Positions 16,171 through 26,770 of a stretch of 48,214 bases of DNA are shown piece after piece. The DNA is from a virus. Position 1 is the first letter of the stretch. Each line of letters begins with the position of its first letter. The stretch lies in IMG/VR virus record IMGVR_UViG_3300006131_000280; one strand, 5' to 3'. The notes under the pieces were generated by a model. It did no database searches. It was not told the origin of the DNA and saw nothing but the letters and a program-made list of their open reading frames with translations. The translations under genes were made by a program, and so were the position numbers.

Positions 16171-17311
16171 TGATTACCACCTTCCCCAATTCAGGAATTT
16201 CCTGGAGCGTTGCATTTTCTGTCAGTATCAAATCCTTCCCAGAGCCATTAATCGTAATATTGGTCACATTGACAACCTCATCAATTCCAAGAATGGCAAC
16301 AGCAATGCGAGAAATATAGACCGATACGGCATACTCAATTTTCTGCCCTTTGATGGGAGTTCCCCAGGTTTGACACACTGAATCCAGATATGCCTGAATT
16401 TTTTCCATTATCTGTTCTCGATAGATGTCCTCTGCCCCAGCCGCCACGCCCTCAATAAATTGGATTTCGCATGATACATTCAGGGATAAAATCCGGGCAG
16501 TTACAATCTTCACCGCTGCCCCAATCGGCGCCAGTCCGTACCCATTTGGCGACGGAAAATCTTCGCCGGCCTCTGCTGGACAGATATATTCCTGTACCTT
16601 GGCAATTAGCCCATTATCTGCCGGCTTAAGCCGGCTGTTTAGAATGCTGCACAGAACAGTTCCCCCGCCCTGCCAGGCCGGGTAAATCTGCACTGCGCCA
16701 ACTCCCGCAATGGCGAGAATCGCCGTCCGATAGGAAACCATGTTCCCGCCAAATGCCTGCACGCCAAAAGTAGCAAAATATCTGGCCCTCAGAGAAGCAT
16801 CATCTTCCTCGTCACTTCCAGATAAAAGAATCTCACCGATTGTGGCTGAAGTAATGCCGTTTACCGCCGTAACAGGAAGAATGTTCCCTGTGTAGCTGTT
16901 CCCAACCGTCCCTGGAGTCTTGCAGGTCATTTCATAAATATAGGAGTTATCTGTTTTTTCTTTGAGCCGCTCTACGATAAACAATGCCGAATTTACGCCG
17001 TTAATGGTCTTAAAGAGGGCTCCTTCAGGCACCACGGTATTAAAGATTCCCTTGCGTTTTGCTGCCACTGCATCTTTTCGGTACACTCCGCGCTCTGCAC
17101 AGATAAAATCCAGCGACTGCCCCACGGCAGTATTAGCATATGCATTTTGCTGAACCTGATCCATCAGCATATAAAGCCCTTCCAGATACCATGCTACCGG
17201 CCCCAGGGCAGTCTGTATGATGCTCCCCTCCCTGGTATCTATGTCTTTTGGTACTTTATCTAACATGCTCTTTAAAATCGCCGCCTGCGTGTATCCCTCA
17301 AAATTAATCAT
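16160..17311 (-). CDS. Baseplate J-like protein (XkdT)
   Basis: 383 aa. Position and general similarity to the baseplate J family. Confidence 0.7.
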   Translation of the reverse strand: MINFEGYTQAAILKSMLDKVPKDIDTREGSIIQTALGPVAWYLEGLYMLMDQVQQNAYANTAVGQSLDFICAERGVYRKDAVAAKRKGIFNTVVPEGALFKTINGVNSALFIVERLKEKTDNSYIYEMTCKTPGTVGNSYTGNILPVTAVNGITSATIGEILLSGSDEEDDASLRARYFATFGVQAFGGNMVSYRTAILAIAGVGAVQIYPAWQGGGTVLCSILNSRLKPADNGLIAKVQEYICPAEAGEDFPSPNGYGLAPIGAAVKIVTARILSLNVSCEIQFIEGVAAGAEDIYREQIMEKIQAYLDSVCQTWGTPIKGQKIEYAVSVYISRIAVAILGIDEVVNVTNITINGSGKDLILTENATLQEIPELGKVVINGS

Positions 17312-17715
17312 ACTGCCATCTCCTCCCGAATTGTCCCAAATACCGTTATCACATCAAAGGCACAATGAAGGCTTCCGCTCCTTTCTTCAAATACAAAATT
17401 TTCAGCAGACAGAATCCGCCTGTCGACAGAGAAAGCATCAAGAATCCGGCGCGGCAGCTCACTCACGATAAAAGCGTATTCTTCTCCCACCAGCCCTTCC
17501 AGTTCGCTGCCAAAATTGCTCGTATAAATCTGCCAGTGATAACGCTCATTCTGTAAAATAATCTCCACTGCCTGGCGCATGGCATCCAGCCCGCTGTCCA
17601 TTCGGGAAACCTGTTTCGATGTCCAGTCAATAATAAATGTGTTCGTTGGCTGAGCCGCATATTTTAATTCTGTCCTCAGATCAACATTCTCAGGTAATAT
17701 TGACATACCACACAC
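17308..17715 (-). CDS. Baseplate wedge protein, XkdS / DUF2634 (gp25/W-like)
   Basis: IDWTSKQVSRMDSGLDAMRQAVEIILQNERYHWQIYTSNFGSEL. ATGA-type coupling with neighbouring genes. Confidence 0.65.
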   Translation of the reverse strand: MCGMSILPENVDLRTELKYAAQPTNTFIIDWTSKQVSRMDSGLDAMRQAVEIILQNERYHWQIYTSNFGSELEGLVGEEYAFIVSELPRRILDAFSVDRRILSAENFVFEERSGSLHCAFDVITVFGTIREEMAV

Positions 17716-17721
17716 ACCCCC

Positions 17722-18033
17722 TTATAACTTTGACAGAATAATGTACCTCTGTCCGTGGGATACCCGCAGCATCAAAACCTTGTCTCCAGCCTTTAGACTT
17801 TCATGGACCTGGACTGTGCCTCCGGCGCCTCCTTCAACATTAACGATCCTTTCTTTTACTTCACTAGTCAGGATAAGAGCCGCATTGGGAATGAACGGCC
17901 TCGATACATCTGTTTGTATCGACAGAGGGGAGACAGAAGTGACGGTCCCTGTTTCCATCTCCGCCATCCTTAATCCTTCCACGGTTTTCTGCACTATTTT
18001 CTGAATAACTCCCAAAAAACTCGCATCAGACAA
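17722..18033 (-). CDS. XkdR / DUF2577-like small baseplate/spike protein
   Basis: 103 aa, at the conserved position between the hub and wedge genes. Confidence 0.55.
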   Translation of the reverse strand: MSDASFLGVIQKIVQKTVEGLRMAEMETGTVTSVSPLSIQTDVSRPFIPNAALILTSEVKERIVNVEGGAGGTVQVHESLKAGDKVLMLRVSHGQRYIILSKL

Positions 18034-19084
18034 TACTCATCCCTCCCAGCCGCTGGAAATTTTTAACCTCAATTTTCATCGTATGTACATCTGCTTCAAA
18101 CTTATGAGTCACCTTTTCCGCCAGCAAAAGTCTTGATACGGAAAGTTCCTCTATATTCCCGAGATTTACAGGGACAATACTCCCCCCTCTCACGCCCGGA
18201 ACTCCCAAACTCTCCAGCGTAATCGTCTGAAGGACGCGATTATAGTACTGGAGATACTGTTTACACATCTCGTCGATCTGAGCATCATTCATGTTCTCGT
18301 CAACCTGGTCATAATACTGTAACAGGCCCCACCTCTTAATAGTTTCGCTGTCCTCGTGAATGTATGTATCAGCCTTTCCAGTCGTACTGTTAGCGCGAAC
18401 CAGCTTTATCCTGTTATAAGTATCTGAGTCGATATCCCGCTTATAGGTAAAATCTGTCACCAGGCTCCCATCTCCTATCAGTGTTGTCGTAAGCATATTT
18501 TTCACTTCCACCAATGTCAGAGCCCCGGAATCATCATAGAAATTGTAAATGCGCCCTGTCTGGATAATTGTCTGGGATAAAGCATCAAAAATAATATCCA
18601 GGCATCCCTCATTTTCTTTTATCAGACATGGGAACGCATATCCTGTGTCCTCCAATGTGCCGCAGACCAGACCAAAATCCGCCGCGATTTGCTGAATAAT
18701 CTGCCCCAAAGTCATATTTTCAAATGTATAGCTTGCATTCGCCTTAAGATATCTCAGCTGGTCATAGGCGGTATATGAAGTCTCACCACCGCGGTTTAAT
18801 TCTGCAGTAAACACATATCCCTTAAAGATGTTCTTCCCAGCAACAGACAGTTCGATAAGGCTTCCCTCCGGAATTCCGATCCCATCCTCCTCGACACAGG
18901 AAAACGTAAGCTTTCCCGGAGAATCATACCTTTGCGTCATAAACTCAATCTCCCTGGTACAATCCGTATAATCATATACGGATACCTGTGTGGTTCCATC
19001 CGGAGCTGCTTTTATAACCTGTATCTGCAACATAATATCCATAAGCGTTATCCTACAATCTGAAGCTGGCCTTCCTGTACCCAC
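18026..19084 (-). CDS. Baseplate hub, XkdQ / late-control-D-like
   Basis: 352 aa, at the conserved position after the XkdP-like gene. Confidence 0.6.
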   Translation of the reverse strand: MGTGRPASDCRITLMDIMLQIQVIKAAPDGTTQVSVYDYTDCTREIEFMTQRYDSPGKLTFSCVEEDGIGIPEGSLIELSVAGKNIFKGYVFTAELNRGGETSYTAYDQLRYLKANASYTFENMTLGQIIQQIAADFGLVCGTLEDTGYAFPCLIKENEGCLDIIFDALSQTIIQTGRIYNFYDDSGALTLVEVKNMLTTTLIGDGSLVTDFTYKRDIDSDTYNRIKLVRANSTTGKADTYIHEDSETIKRWGLLQYYDQVDENMNDAQIDEMCKQYLQYYNRVLQTITLESLGVPGVRGGSIVPVNLGNIEELSVSRLLLAEKVTHKFEADVHTMKIEVKNFQRLGGMSIV

Positions 19085-19755
19085 CCATAGGAACCCACAT
19101 GAACCGGGTACGGATTTCCAGTTACAATCCTGGTCACAGTCGTCCTGAGATTATTAGCAGTTCCATGAGGTTTGCTCCCATAGCTGTCATAACAATAGGC
19201 ACCATTAACAATCACCGGCGCTCCTACCCGGAGAACCGGGGTTTCCACTTCGCGCTCCTTCTCTGCTGATATCTGGACCGGTTCTGAAGACGCTGCGGAA
19301 GTTATAATAGCAGAAATGTTTTTGGGACCATAATCTCTGTACTCTGTAAATTCAACTGAGTAATACACATCTTTCGGTTCCCCGCCTTTATCCGTTGTCT
19401 CAAAATCTGAAATGATGCACCGCATATTTGTATCATACAACCCGGACCGTGCAATGATCAGACGGCATTTCTGCTTCTTTTCCCAGGCATTTCTGAACAG
19501 TTTCACATATCTGTCCGGAGCCTTCGCCCCTCCATTTACATAAGGTGCTCCTGTATTTCCCGGGAAAAAACATTCCCAGGAGACCACATTTAAAGAAGGT
19601 TTCCTGGGAACGATGATTTCTCCTTTCCCGAGAACATCATACGTTTTATGACTCGTTGGATACTTTATTTCTATTTCTTCTGGATTAACCGGAAGCCTTA
19701 TCTTAGTTCCACCAAAACTTACATAAACCGAATAATCGCTTTTCAGTTTTCCCAT
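19048..19755 (-). CDS. XkdP-position tail protein with C-terminal SH3-like segment
   Basis: Directly follows the tape measure gene. KIRLPVNPEEIEIKYP...VVSWECFFPGN. Confidence 0.55.
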   Translation of the reverse strand: MGKLKSDYSVYVSFGGTKIRLPVNPEEIEIKYPTSHKTYDVLGKGEIIVPRKPSLNVVSWECFFPGNTGAPYVNGGAKAPDRYVKLFRNAWEKKQKCRLIIARSGLYDTNMRCIISDFETTDKGGEPKDVYYSVEFTEYRDYGPKNISAIITSAASSEPVQISAEKEREVETPVLRVGAPVIVNGAYCYDSYGSKPHGTANNLRTTVTRIVTGNPYPVHVGSYGWVQEGQLQIVG

Positions 19756-19764
19756 TTCTGCCTC

Positions 19765-21996
19765 CTATCCATGAGATACTGCTGTCTGGGACGCTGCCTC
19801 CTCAATCAGCATAACTCGGATCCTGTCCACCACATCTTCAGCAGATAGATTTCCCGCTGCAGATTCCGGTATAGAAATATTGATATTCGGCGCCAGTGTT
19901 TTTAACTCGAGCCGGTTCATATATCGACTCTCTGCAAGATCCCGATACAGCTTCACATCCTCGTCAGATAACTTTACTTCGCCCTCCACATTTTTTACAC
20001 TGCCAACGCTTCCGACCTTCCCTATATCTCCTAATTCACCTGCTGTCGGCAGGGACGATGCGTCAAATCCACTCATGCTCTCTGCAATGTCAGAAAGGTT
20101 TAAATTCATATCATCAAGTTTGGCTCCAAGATTTCCGCCATACTGTCCCCACTGTTCAGATGTCTGGCGAACATCAAGGTTTGTCATCCGCTCAATTTTA
20201 ACCGCGTTTTCTCCGAAGGTATCCTTCACCCATCCAGAAAGTTCCTCTCTGAATCCGGCAACCGCGCCGGAAAGATTGGTTCCAAGAAGAGCATCTATAG
20301 CACCTGCTGTTGTTTCAACAATTCCAAGTATCGAATCAAATACGTCAAAAAACAGTCTTACTGTGGCGCCAAGAGGATCATCCCAGACATTCGCGAAGAA
20401 TTCAGCAAAAGCCGCAATCGTATTCCAAAGAGAAGCAAACACGTTATACCCTACCGCATAGAGCATACCAAATGTCATTCCAACCCATTCCCCTACAGAC
20501 TGCATATCCAGCCCAAACTGCTGTGCAGCAATCATAACAGCCGCGAATCCGGCGGCCAGAAGAAGCAGAGGCCAGTGCGCTGCTGCCCATGCTGCGGCAG
20601 TGGCCAATCCTCCTGCTACATTAGCGACAGCCGCCGCTATTGCCTGTGCATGCACCACTCCATATGCCAGACCGATAGCCGCAAGCACTGGAAGAATAAA
20701 ATCCAGATTATCCGCTACGAACAGGGCCCCCTGCCCCAGAAACGCCAACACATCACTACCAACCTCTGCAAGAGTCGAAAACAGGACAATCATTTCATTG
20801 AGAATCTTCTGTCCATCTGCGGAATTCATAAAGTCATTCCATTCCTTTGCGCTGTCCTGAAGGCTGTTCTGCACTTCATTCTTCACCAAAGTCATTGCCT
20901 GGCCCAAAGTCATTGGCATGGATGCAAACTGTTCATCAATTGTTTCCGCCGCGCTTAACATGGCGTTTTTAACAACCTCCGCACTGACTTTCCCGTCCTC
21001 TGCATACTGCTTGATGGATCCGGAAGCCCACCCCATATACTGCTCGATATCCCTGGCAATACCAGGCGCCGCATCCAAAATAGAGTTCAGCTCCTCTCCT
21101 CGTAAAACACCGGCTCCCATAGCTTGTGTCAACTGCAGCATTGCGGATCTTTGTTGATCCGCAGCGGTTCCGCCGATTGCAAATCGTTTATTAATGGATT
21201 CCATAAATCGGATAATCTCATCATTTGAGTTAAATGCCTGCCCCGCATTCAGCGCCATTTTTGCAATAGAATCGGCAGTATCCTCATAAGATGCCCTTGC
21301 CCGCTGTGCCGACTGAAATATCCCCTCCTGCAGCCTGGCCACATCTTCCAGATCATTCACCATCATAGAAAGTCTTGCGTTGGTCTGTGTTTGGGTATCC
21401 GACAAGTCCAGAAAAGATTTAATCCCGGCCATCACTCCAGTGACTGCAGCGACCCTTTTCAACGCAGATAGCAGCTTATTGGCCGAGTTTGCCGTTTCCT
21501 CTACCTTTCGCTTATGTTTTTCCTGCTCCCTTGCCGCGTCTCTGGTGGCCGCTCGCGCTGCATCCATTTTATTCGGGAATCTTTCAATTTCTTCATTCTG
21601 CCTGGCAATCATATCTGCAGTCCTGGATGCCTGTTTCAGGAGATTCGTCTCTGAAATCTGCGCCCTCGCAAGCGCCTCAGCTGCACGGATCGTTGCACTG
21701 GCCTCGGCTCCTTTGCTCTGAATCAGAAGATCATAGCTCTGCTGCAGTTCCTGAACCTTCTGCCTCTGGGCTTCCAGCCGCCGGTTCTGGGCTGCATAAA
21801 GCGACTGCTGGGCCGCCAGACCGCTTCGCATGGCATCGAGCTGCTGAGCTGCAAACGCGGAGGAATCAGCAAAGTCATGACTCGATGCTCCCAGTTTATC
21901 CAGACCGGAATTCGCAGCCTGGCCAAGCTGAAGGAATCTGGAAAACGTGCCACTAAATTGATCAGCCAGAATAAAATCTTCACGGATCTGCCCCAT
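19765..21996 (-). CDS. Tail tape measure protein (TP901-type core)
   Basis: 743 aa. Coiled-coil N-terminus. Core LQLTQAMGAGVLRGEELNSILDAAPGIARDIEQYMG. Hydrophobic middle segment. Confidence 0.88.
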   Translation of the reverse strand: MGQIREDFILADQFSGTFSRFLQLGQAANSGLDKLGASSHDFADSSAFAAQQLDAMRSGLAAQQSLYAAQNRRLEAQRQKVQELQQSYDLLIQSKGAEASATIRAAEALARAQISETNLLKQASRTADMIARQNEEIERFPNKMDAARAATRDAAREQEKHKRKVEETANSANKLLSALKRVAAVTGVMAGIKSFLDLSDTQTQTNARLSMMVNDLEDVARLQEGIFQSAQRARASYEDTADSIAKMALNAGQAFNSNDEIIRFMESINKRFAIGGTAADQQRSAMLQLTQAMGAGVLRGEELNSILDAAPGIARDIEQYMGWASGSIKQYAEDGKVSAEVVKNAMLSAAETIDEQFASMPMTLGQAMTLVKNEVQNSLQDSAKEWNDFMNSADGQKILNEMIVLFSTLAEVGSDVLAFLGQGALFVADNLDFILPVLAAIGLAYGVVHAQAIAAAVANVAGGLATAAAWAAAHWPLLLLAAGFAAVMIAAQQFGLDMQSVGEWVGMTFGMLYAVGYNVFASLWNTIAAFAEFFANVWDDPLGATVRLFFDVFDSILGIVETTAGAIDALLGTNLSGAVAGFREELSGWVKDTFGENAVKIERMTNLDVRQTSEQWGQYGGNLGAKLDDMNLNLSDIAESMSGFDASSLPTAGELGDIGKVGSVGSVKNVEGEVKLSDEDVKLYRDLAESRYMNRLELKTLAPNINISIPESAAGNLSAEDVVDRIRVMLIEEAASQTAVSHG

Positions 21997-21997
21997 A

Positions 21998-22156
21998 TTA
22001 CACCTTCCCCTCCTTTGCTGCCCTCTCCATCATCGAGTACATTAAAAGCTTTTCTCGTTCCGACCTCTGTTCAAAATCCTCAGGGAAGATTCCTAGGGAA
22101 ATAAAAGCAAAATATGCCGCCTCTACTTCCCAGTCTCTCCCCTCTAAGAGTTTTTT
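21998..22156 (-). other. -1 programmed-frameshift extension of the tail assembly chaperone (slippery A_AAA_AAC at 22150..22156)
   Basis: The heptamer is in the correct zero-frame phase (GCA AAA AAC). The -1 frame is open for 52 codons (KKLLEGRDWEVEAAYFAFISLGIFPEDFEQRSEREKLLMYSMMERAAKEGKV) and ends at TAA 21998..22000, one nt before the tape measure ATG. Confidence 0.8.
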
Positions 22157-22536
22157 GCTTCGTTTAGCTTCTTCCTTGCATCTTTAATATCATTGATATC
22201 CATAATGGCATCCTGGATAAGCTGCTTTTCTCCGATTGTAAACATAATGCCAGGAACCATTGCGGGATCAATCACCCCGTAAAATTTACAGATTTCACTA
22301 TCCTTCAAATTCGGTTCCTGCATGCAGGCAACAATCAATTTATTTCCGTATGCTGAAAAATCCAGGTTTCCGTTTGCATCCATGCAGGAATTTGAGATCT
22401 CCTCATTTTCCTGCGGAGAAATACTTTTAATAATGATTGGAGCAATGTTTCCCTCCTCATCTGTAAACCGGTCAATCACAAGCTTTTTTGTCTTTCCGAC
22501 CGGAGATGGTTTCAAAAACGCACTTAACTTTCCCAT
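22144..22536 (-). CDS. Tail assembly chaperone (XkdN-like), zero-frame product
   Basis: 130 aa, between the tube and tape measure genes. A frameshift site lies at its 3' end. Confidence 0.8.
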   Translation of the reverse strand: MGKLSAFLKPSPVGKTKKLVIDRFTDEEGNIAPIIIKSISPQENEEISNSCMDANGNLDFSAYGNKLIVACMQEPNLKDSEICKFYGVIDPAMVPGIMFTIGEKQLIQDAIMDINDIKDARKKLNEAKNS

Positions 22537-22545
22537 AAAATCCTC

Positions 22546-23013
22546 CTATCCAAGTTTTGACGGTGCAACAAAATGCTGAAGCGTTTCATAGTCTGTCGCT
22601 GTGAATGAGATTTCTTCCTGCAGAGAATCGGCAGAATCATCCAGCATTGCAATCGGTATCTTTGTCAGAACAACCCCATAAACAGCCGTAATCTGTTTTC
22701 CTACCGTTGAACCGGGGTCACCATTCTCTATCTGGAAACTGATCTCCGGAAAGCGCCCGGTTCTTTTATACTCTTCCAGAACCTTCCGGAATGCCGGTGT
22801 TCCATAATAAACCGTTGCATTGCCGGTATATTTGAGTCCCTTCGGCTTTGTTTGATCCACAAGAGCCCCGACTACTTTAAATTCAGCTGTCTGCACCTCC
22901 GCATAAAGCTCAAATTTTTTTAATCCAAACAGCTCCGTATTTTCCCCCGAGGAGGTCATAAAGGCCTTTCCGGCGGCGCCGCGAAGAGAATCCTGTGCAA
23001 GCAAATACGACAT
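22546..23013 (-). CDS. Tail tube protein (XkdM-like)
   Basis: 155 aa, immediately after the sheath gene. Confidence 0.75.
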   Translation of the reverse strand: MSYLLAQDSLRGAAGKAFMTSSGENTELFGLKKFELYAEVQTAEFKVVGALVDQTKPKGLKYTGNATVYYGTPAFRKVLEEYKRTGRFPEISFQIENGDPGSTVGKQITAVYGVVLTKIPIAMLDDSADSLQEEISFTATDYETLQHFVAPSKLG

Positions 23014-23025
23014 ATCCTACCTCCT

Positions 23026-24384
23026 TTACTCTGCTTCCGTATTGACAGATACTGCAACCGAAATGTAGATCTTTTCGATACTGTCAACAGGCTGCACAGC
23101 CACGTCGATCACAACGGAATCCACTGTATTTCCAGGCTTCACAGCCACGTCGTCCGGGGAGAAATTCTGTACTCCATTATTGGCCTGCATCTCATTCAGA
23201 TACCCCACAATCCAGGCTTTTAGCAGATTTCTCCCAGTATCGTTGTTGTCAGTCTTTCCAATGTAATAAAGGCTGAACTGCTTATATACATCATTACAGA
23301 ACTGGTTCAGGACACGCATTACACGGTTTTTCGAATACTCCTGCCCCTTTTCCACAGTAAAAGAGGTAAGAGTGTTAATATCTGTGCAAACCTTCGTGGT
23401 TCCGAAAGAATCAATAAAAACGATAGAACCGGCCTGAATCGCCGAGGTGATCTCTGTATCATTTAACTTCGGGTAAGACTCTGCCGCATCCGGGTACTGG
23501 GCATATGTCAGAGAATCATTATAGAGCGCTCCGGCTTCTGCACCGCCTAACCACCAGGTTGCCTGCTGCGGCGTCAGGATAGTTCCGTCAGAAAGCTTCA
23601 CTCCGTTGTTCACGGATATCACCCACTCACTATTGCAGGCTTCTGCCTCAGCCATCACGGCCTGACATTTTCTGCCCACATTGTTGGATATTCTCTTTAC
23701 AAAAGCCGCATAAGCCTGTATTACTGTCGGCTCTTTTCCATCATAGATCAGAACATCAAACGTGCATGGCTCCAGTGCAGTAAGAAATGCTGCGTAATCG
23801 GATGCTGCTACGGTTGGATCCCCACCTCCGGTCAAAGCTGTTCCGGCTGTTTCAGTAAAAACAGTTCCTGTCCCGGAAAAACTCACCCAGGCATTTTCCG
23901 TAAGCTTCGAGATGTCCGTAACGCTCTGCGTATCTGCAATTGAACCGTCTACCACCGTCTCTACGTCATAAACATTCTCGGAATCAGGATTTTCCTGCAC
24001 AATAACGGTAATATCGTTGCCTCTCTCACCCTCGTAACGGGCAGTTACAGTAACCGCGCCAATCGTCGCTGTTGCCTTTTCCCCTCCGGTTCCTGTTGGG
24101 CGGTAAAGTAAAATTTTAATCGGGCCCGGAGTCGTATCAGAACCTTTCATCATCTCACGCAAAAATGTTGCCCTTGCATGCGTCACATCATAGCCAATGA
24201 ACTTCCTTAGATCTTCTCCCGGGATAATCTCCTGAATCATGCCCACAGGCCCCCAGGAAAGCGGTTCTGCGAGTGCCACGATCCCTTTTTCTCCGACACT
24301 GGCCGCCAGATTGCCGCTGGATTTTGTATTAATATAAACTCCTGGCTGCACCTTATTCTGGCTTGTCCATATACCTCCTGCCAT
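23026..24384 (-). CDS. Contractile tail sheath protein (XkdK-like)
   Basis: 452 aa. N-terminal GIWTSQNKVQPGVYIN is typical of sheath proteins. Confidence 0.85.
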   Translation of the reverse strand: MAGGIWTSQNKVQPGVYINTKSSGNLAASVGEKGIVALAEPLSWGPVGMIQEIIPGEDLRKFIGYDVTHARATFLREMMKGSDTTPGPIKILLYRPTGTGGEKATATIGAVTVTARYEGERGNDITVIVQENPDSENVYDVETVVDGSIADTQSVTDISKLTENAWVSFSGTGTVFTETAGTALTGGGDPTVAASDYAAFLTALEPCTFDVLIYDGKEPTVIQAYAAFVKRISNNVGRKCQAVMAEAEACNSEWVISVNNGVKLSDGTILTPQQATWWLGGAEAGALYNDSLTYAQYPDAAESYPKLNDTEITSAIQAGSIVFIDSFGTTKVCTDINTLTSFTVEKGQEYSKNRVMRVLNQFCNDVYKQFSLYYIGKTDNNDTGRNLLKAWIVGYLNEMQANNGVQNFSPDDVAVKPGNTVDSVVIDVAVQPVDSIEKIYISVAVSVNTEAE

Positions 24385-24385
24385 G

Positions 24386-24577
24386 TTATCTGCCTCCCTT
24401 TAAAACTTCATCGAGAATCGTTATCGCCTCTTTAATGGTATACTCTGTTTCTGTCAGGATTACCCTGGCAAAGTCCCTTTGATATCCGGCCAGGTGCTTA
24501 CTGTTAAGTAGCTTTCTGGTAGGATACTTTTTTTCCTGCTGCGGCACCACAGCAGACTTCTCATTTAACTTTGGCAT
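24386..24577 (-). CDS. Small hypothetical structural-module protein
   Basis: Track ORF, tightly packed between neck and sheath genes. Confidence 0.5.
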   Translation of the reverse strand: MPKLNEKSAVVPQQEKKYPTRKLLNSKHLAGYQRDFARVILTETEYTIKEAITILDEVLKGGR

Positions 24578-25010
24578 TGTTCTCCTCCATTTCTCTCATT
24601 AGAACATTGTTTTCTGCTACTACAACCCTCTGGCGGATATGAAACTGATAATGAAGCTCTCCATCTTCTGACTGCCACTGTCGTTCATACGTCGGAATAT
24701 ATGCGAGTTCTCCAGAGCCGTCCGAATATGGAATTAGCTCCAGTCTTTCGTCCAGATAATCCGCGATCTCACGAATCCCGGCATTCCCATTGACGATATT
24801 TCTCTGCTGGACAAAGATGATATCCATGGCAAGATCTCTCAAAAACCTCCGATCCGTCTGGCACTCAATCGTAGATGGCAGAAAGAAAATAAAAAAGCAA
24901 GGAAACCTTGTCCCCTGCTGGTTTGCGCTGGTGTAGACAGGATAGCCGCCGTACCGTTCCTTCAATACTCCCGCCACACTGTTTATGATATTGTCCAGTG
25001 TAAATGTCAC
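24561..25010 (-). CDS. Neck / tail-terminator-position protein
   Basis: 149 aa. Position only. Confidence 0.5.
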   Translation of the reverse strand: MTFTLDNIINSVAGVLKERYGGYPVYTSANQQGTRFPCFFIFFLPSTIECQTDRRFLRDLAMDIIFVQQRNIVNGNAGIREIADYLDERLELIPYSDGSGELAYIPTYERQWQSEDGELHYQFHIRQRVVVAENNVLMREMEENNAKVK

Positions 25011-25507
25011 TTCAATGCCTCCCTCACGCGCTTATCCAGCTCTTTGCGAATGACAGATCGGTATTTCCCGACAGCTTTCTCCTTCATATATTTTCCTTCC
25101 ACGTATGAAGTCTTCGTACCGACCATAAGTCCGCCCTCTCCATCCGGATCCTGTTCCAGGAGATCACCATTCACAATAAGACCTGGAACAAAATGTTTAT
25201 CCATCCGGTGTCCGTCATTGACATAAGAGGCATACTGCATATCATTGGCAAGCTGTGTCCGCACGCTTCCCCCGATATATAATGGAATTGTCTGGCTGTC
25301 AGTCTCCCAGTGCTGTGACATATCTCCGCTTCGCATATTGGTTCCTGCGATAAGAGCTCCTCCATTTGGAGGCGTATTCTCTGTTGCAACACGGACAGCT
25401 TCAATCGTAGCGCCTTCCGCCACTTCCATCATAATCTTCGGCACATCCTCCCTGACTTTTCTGAGTTCTTCCAGCCGCTTTCTCATCTGGCTTCCAAAAC
25501 TCGACAT
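25007..25507 (-). CDS. HK97 gp10-like neck/tail-completion protein
   Basis: 166 aa. Position and weak family resemblance. Confidence 0.5.
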   Translation of the reverse strand: MSSFGSQMRKRLEELRKVREDVPKIMMEVAEGATIEAVRVATENTPPNGGALIAGTNMRSGDMSQHWETDSQTIPLYIGGSVRTQLANDMQYASYVNDGHRMDKHFVPGLIVNGDLLEQDPDGEGGLMVGTKTSYVEGKYMKEKAVGKYRSVIRKELDKRVREALK

Positions 25508-25525
25508 CTTATCACCCCGCAGTCG

Positions 25526-25945
25526 TTATTCCACGATATTTTCCTTCAGAAGTCCAATCTCCTGGTGCTCCAGACCGGTCAGAGCGCCTCCAACCGGATC
25601 ATAATAGTGCATCGGATCTCCGGCAAAATACCGCTCTTGCGGATTCAAATGTCCGAGATTCCCTCCACGTATGATCCGCAGCTCATCTCCCGCCCGGATA
25701 TCGGCAGAAAGATCACAGGCCACCTTTTCCGTTCCACGGTTCCTTGCTGCCGTAGGGCCTATAGACGGGCCGTCTTTTGATGCCTGGTAGATTCGACACG
25801 GGATAGGATACTCATTGACTTTTTTCCGTTCTTGTGTCTCTATATTGCCTTTTGTCACCGGCATTACGCGATACACATCAGCCGTGTCCGTATACCACCC
25901 TGAAAAAATCGGATTATCAGATAACATACATGCCTCCCATACCAA
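25526..25945 (-). CDS. Head-closure / head-tail adaptor protein
   Basis: 139 aa. Position. The start may be ATG 25927. Confidence 0.5.
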   Translation of the reverse strand: MVWEACMLSDNPIFSGWYTDTADVYRVMPVTKGNIETQERKKVNEYPIPCRIYQASKDGPSIGPTAARNRGTEKVACDLSADIRAGDELRIIRGGNLGHLNPQERYFAGDPMHYYDPVGGALTGLEHQEIGLLKENIVE

Positions 25946-26426
25946 CCATACGAGCCAGTGTCACCAACTGTTGACCGTACTGGGTTGAATTCCATGCACC
26001 CCACTTTTCGATTCCTGATGTAATGGCGCTGTTATCATAGCTCACAGACGTATCGCCCATGACTGCCGTGCGGATCACGCCTGTGGGATTTGCCCGGACA
26101 GCCGCCTGCGCGGCGTTAACAGAAGAATCTGTGTAGGTTTTCAGATACATTGCAGAAAAATGAGCCACATACAGCCCAGCAGCATACCTCCATAAGCTGC
26201 CCCAGCGCGAAGGGATCACGCTGTCGTTTGCCTGAAAAAGGAACATATCCAACATGGAAATCGGGACCAGACTCTCCCGCATTCCTTTGTCGTCCTCTTT
26301 TAAGTTCCGGGAAAACTGAGAGAAATCTTCCGCAAACATCTCTGCAGTGTATGTCCCTCTTTCTCCCTCATACGGCACATTGGCCGCAGCTTCTTTTTCC
26401 CTTTCAAAGCACATACCAGACCACAT
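25917..26426 (-). CDS. Head-tail connector-position protein (DUF4054-like)
   Basis: 169 aa. Position after the capsid genes. Confidence 0.5.
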   Translation of the reverse strand: MWSGMCFEREKEAAANVPYEGERGTYTAEMFAEDFSQFSRNLKEDDKGMRESLVPISMLDMFLFQANDSVIPSRWGSLWRYAAGLYVAHFSAMYLKTYTDSSVNAAQAAVRANPTGVIRTAVMGDTSVSYDNSAITSGIEKWGAWNSTQYGQQLVTLARMVGMGGMYVI

Positions 26427-26438
26427 GCCGCTTACCTC

Positions 26439-26759
26439 CTATTCCGCTGCTTTGGTTTTCTTTTTCGCTGTTTCGGAATCAATCTTATCTGTTACTATAG
26501 TGGGGGATTTATTGTCCCCCTGAGCATCCGGGCGAATATCTGATTCCGCTTCTTTTCTGGATGCCAAAGCATCTGCTTCCTCAAGTGCTGCATCTTTCTT
26601 GTTCTGAGGTGCAGCGATGGTTCCGTCTTCCATGGCTGCTTTGATAAGCCAATGAGAGGCAATTCCTTCCGGAATCTCTCCCACAAAATCTTTTTCGATC
26701 TTATATGGTTCCTGTCCCTCCCTCGGAATCAGAAAATTTCTTTTTGCAATGATGAACAT
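26439..26759 (-). CDS. Hypothetical head-module protein
   Basis: 106 aa track ORF after the major capsid gene. Confidence 0.5.
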   Translation of the reverse strand: MFIIAKRNFLIPREGQEPYKIEKDFVGEIPEGIASHWLIKAAMEDGTIAAPQNKKDAALEEADALASRKEAESDIRPDAQGDNKSPTIVTDKIDSETAKKKTKAAE

Positions 26760-26770
26760 ATATTTCCTCC

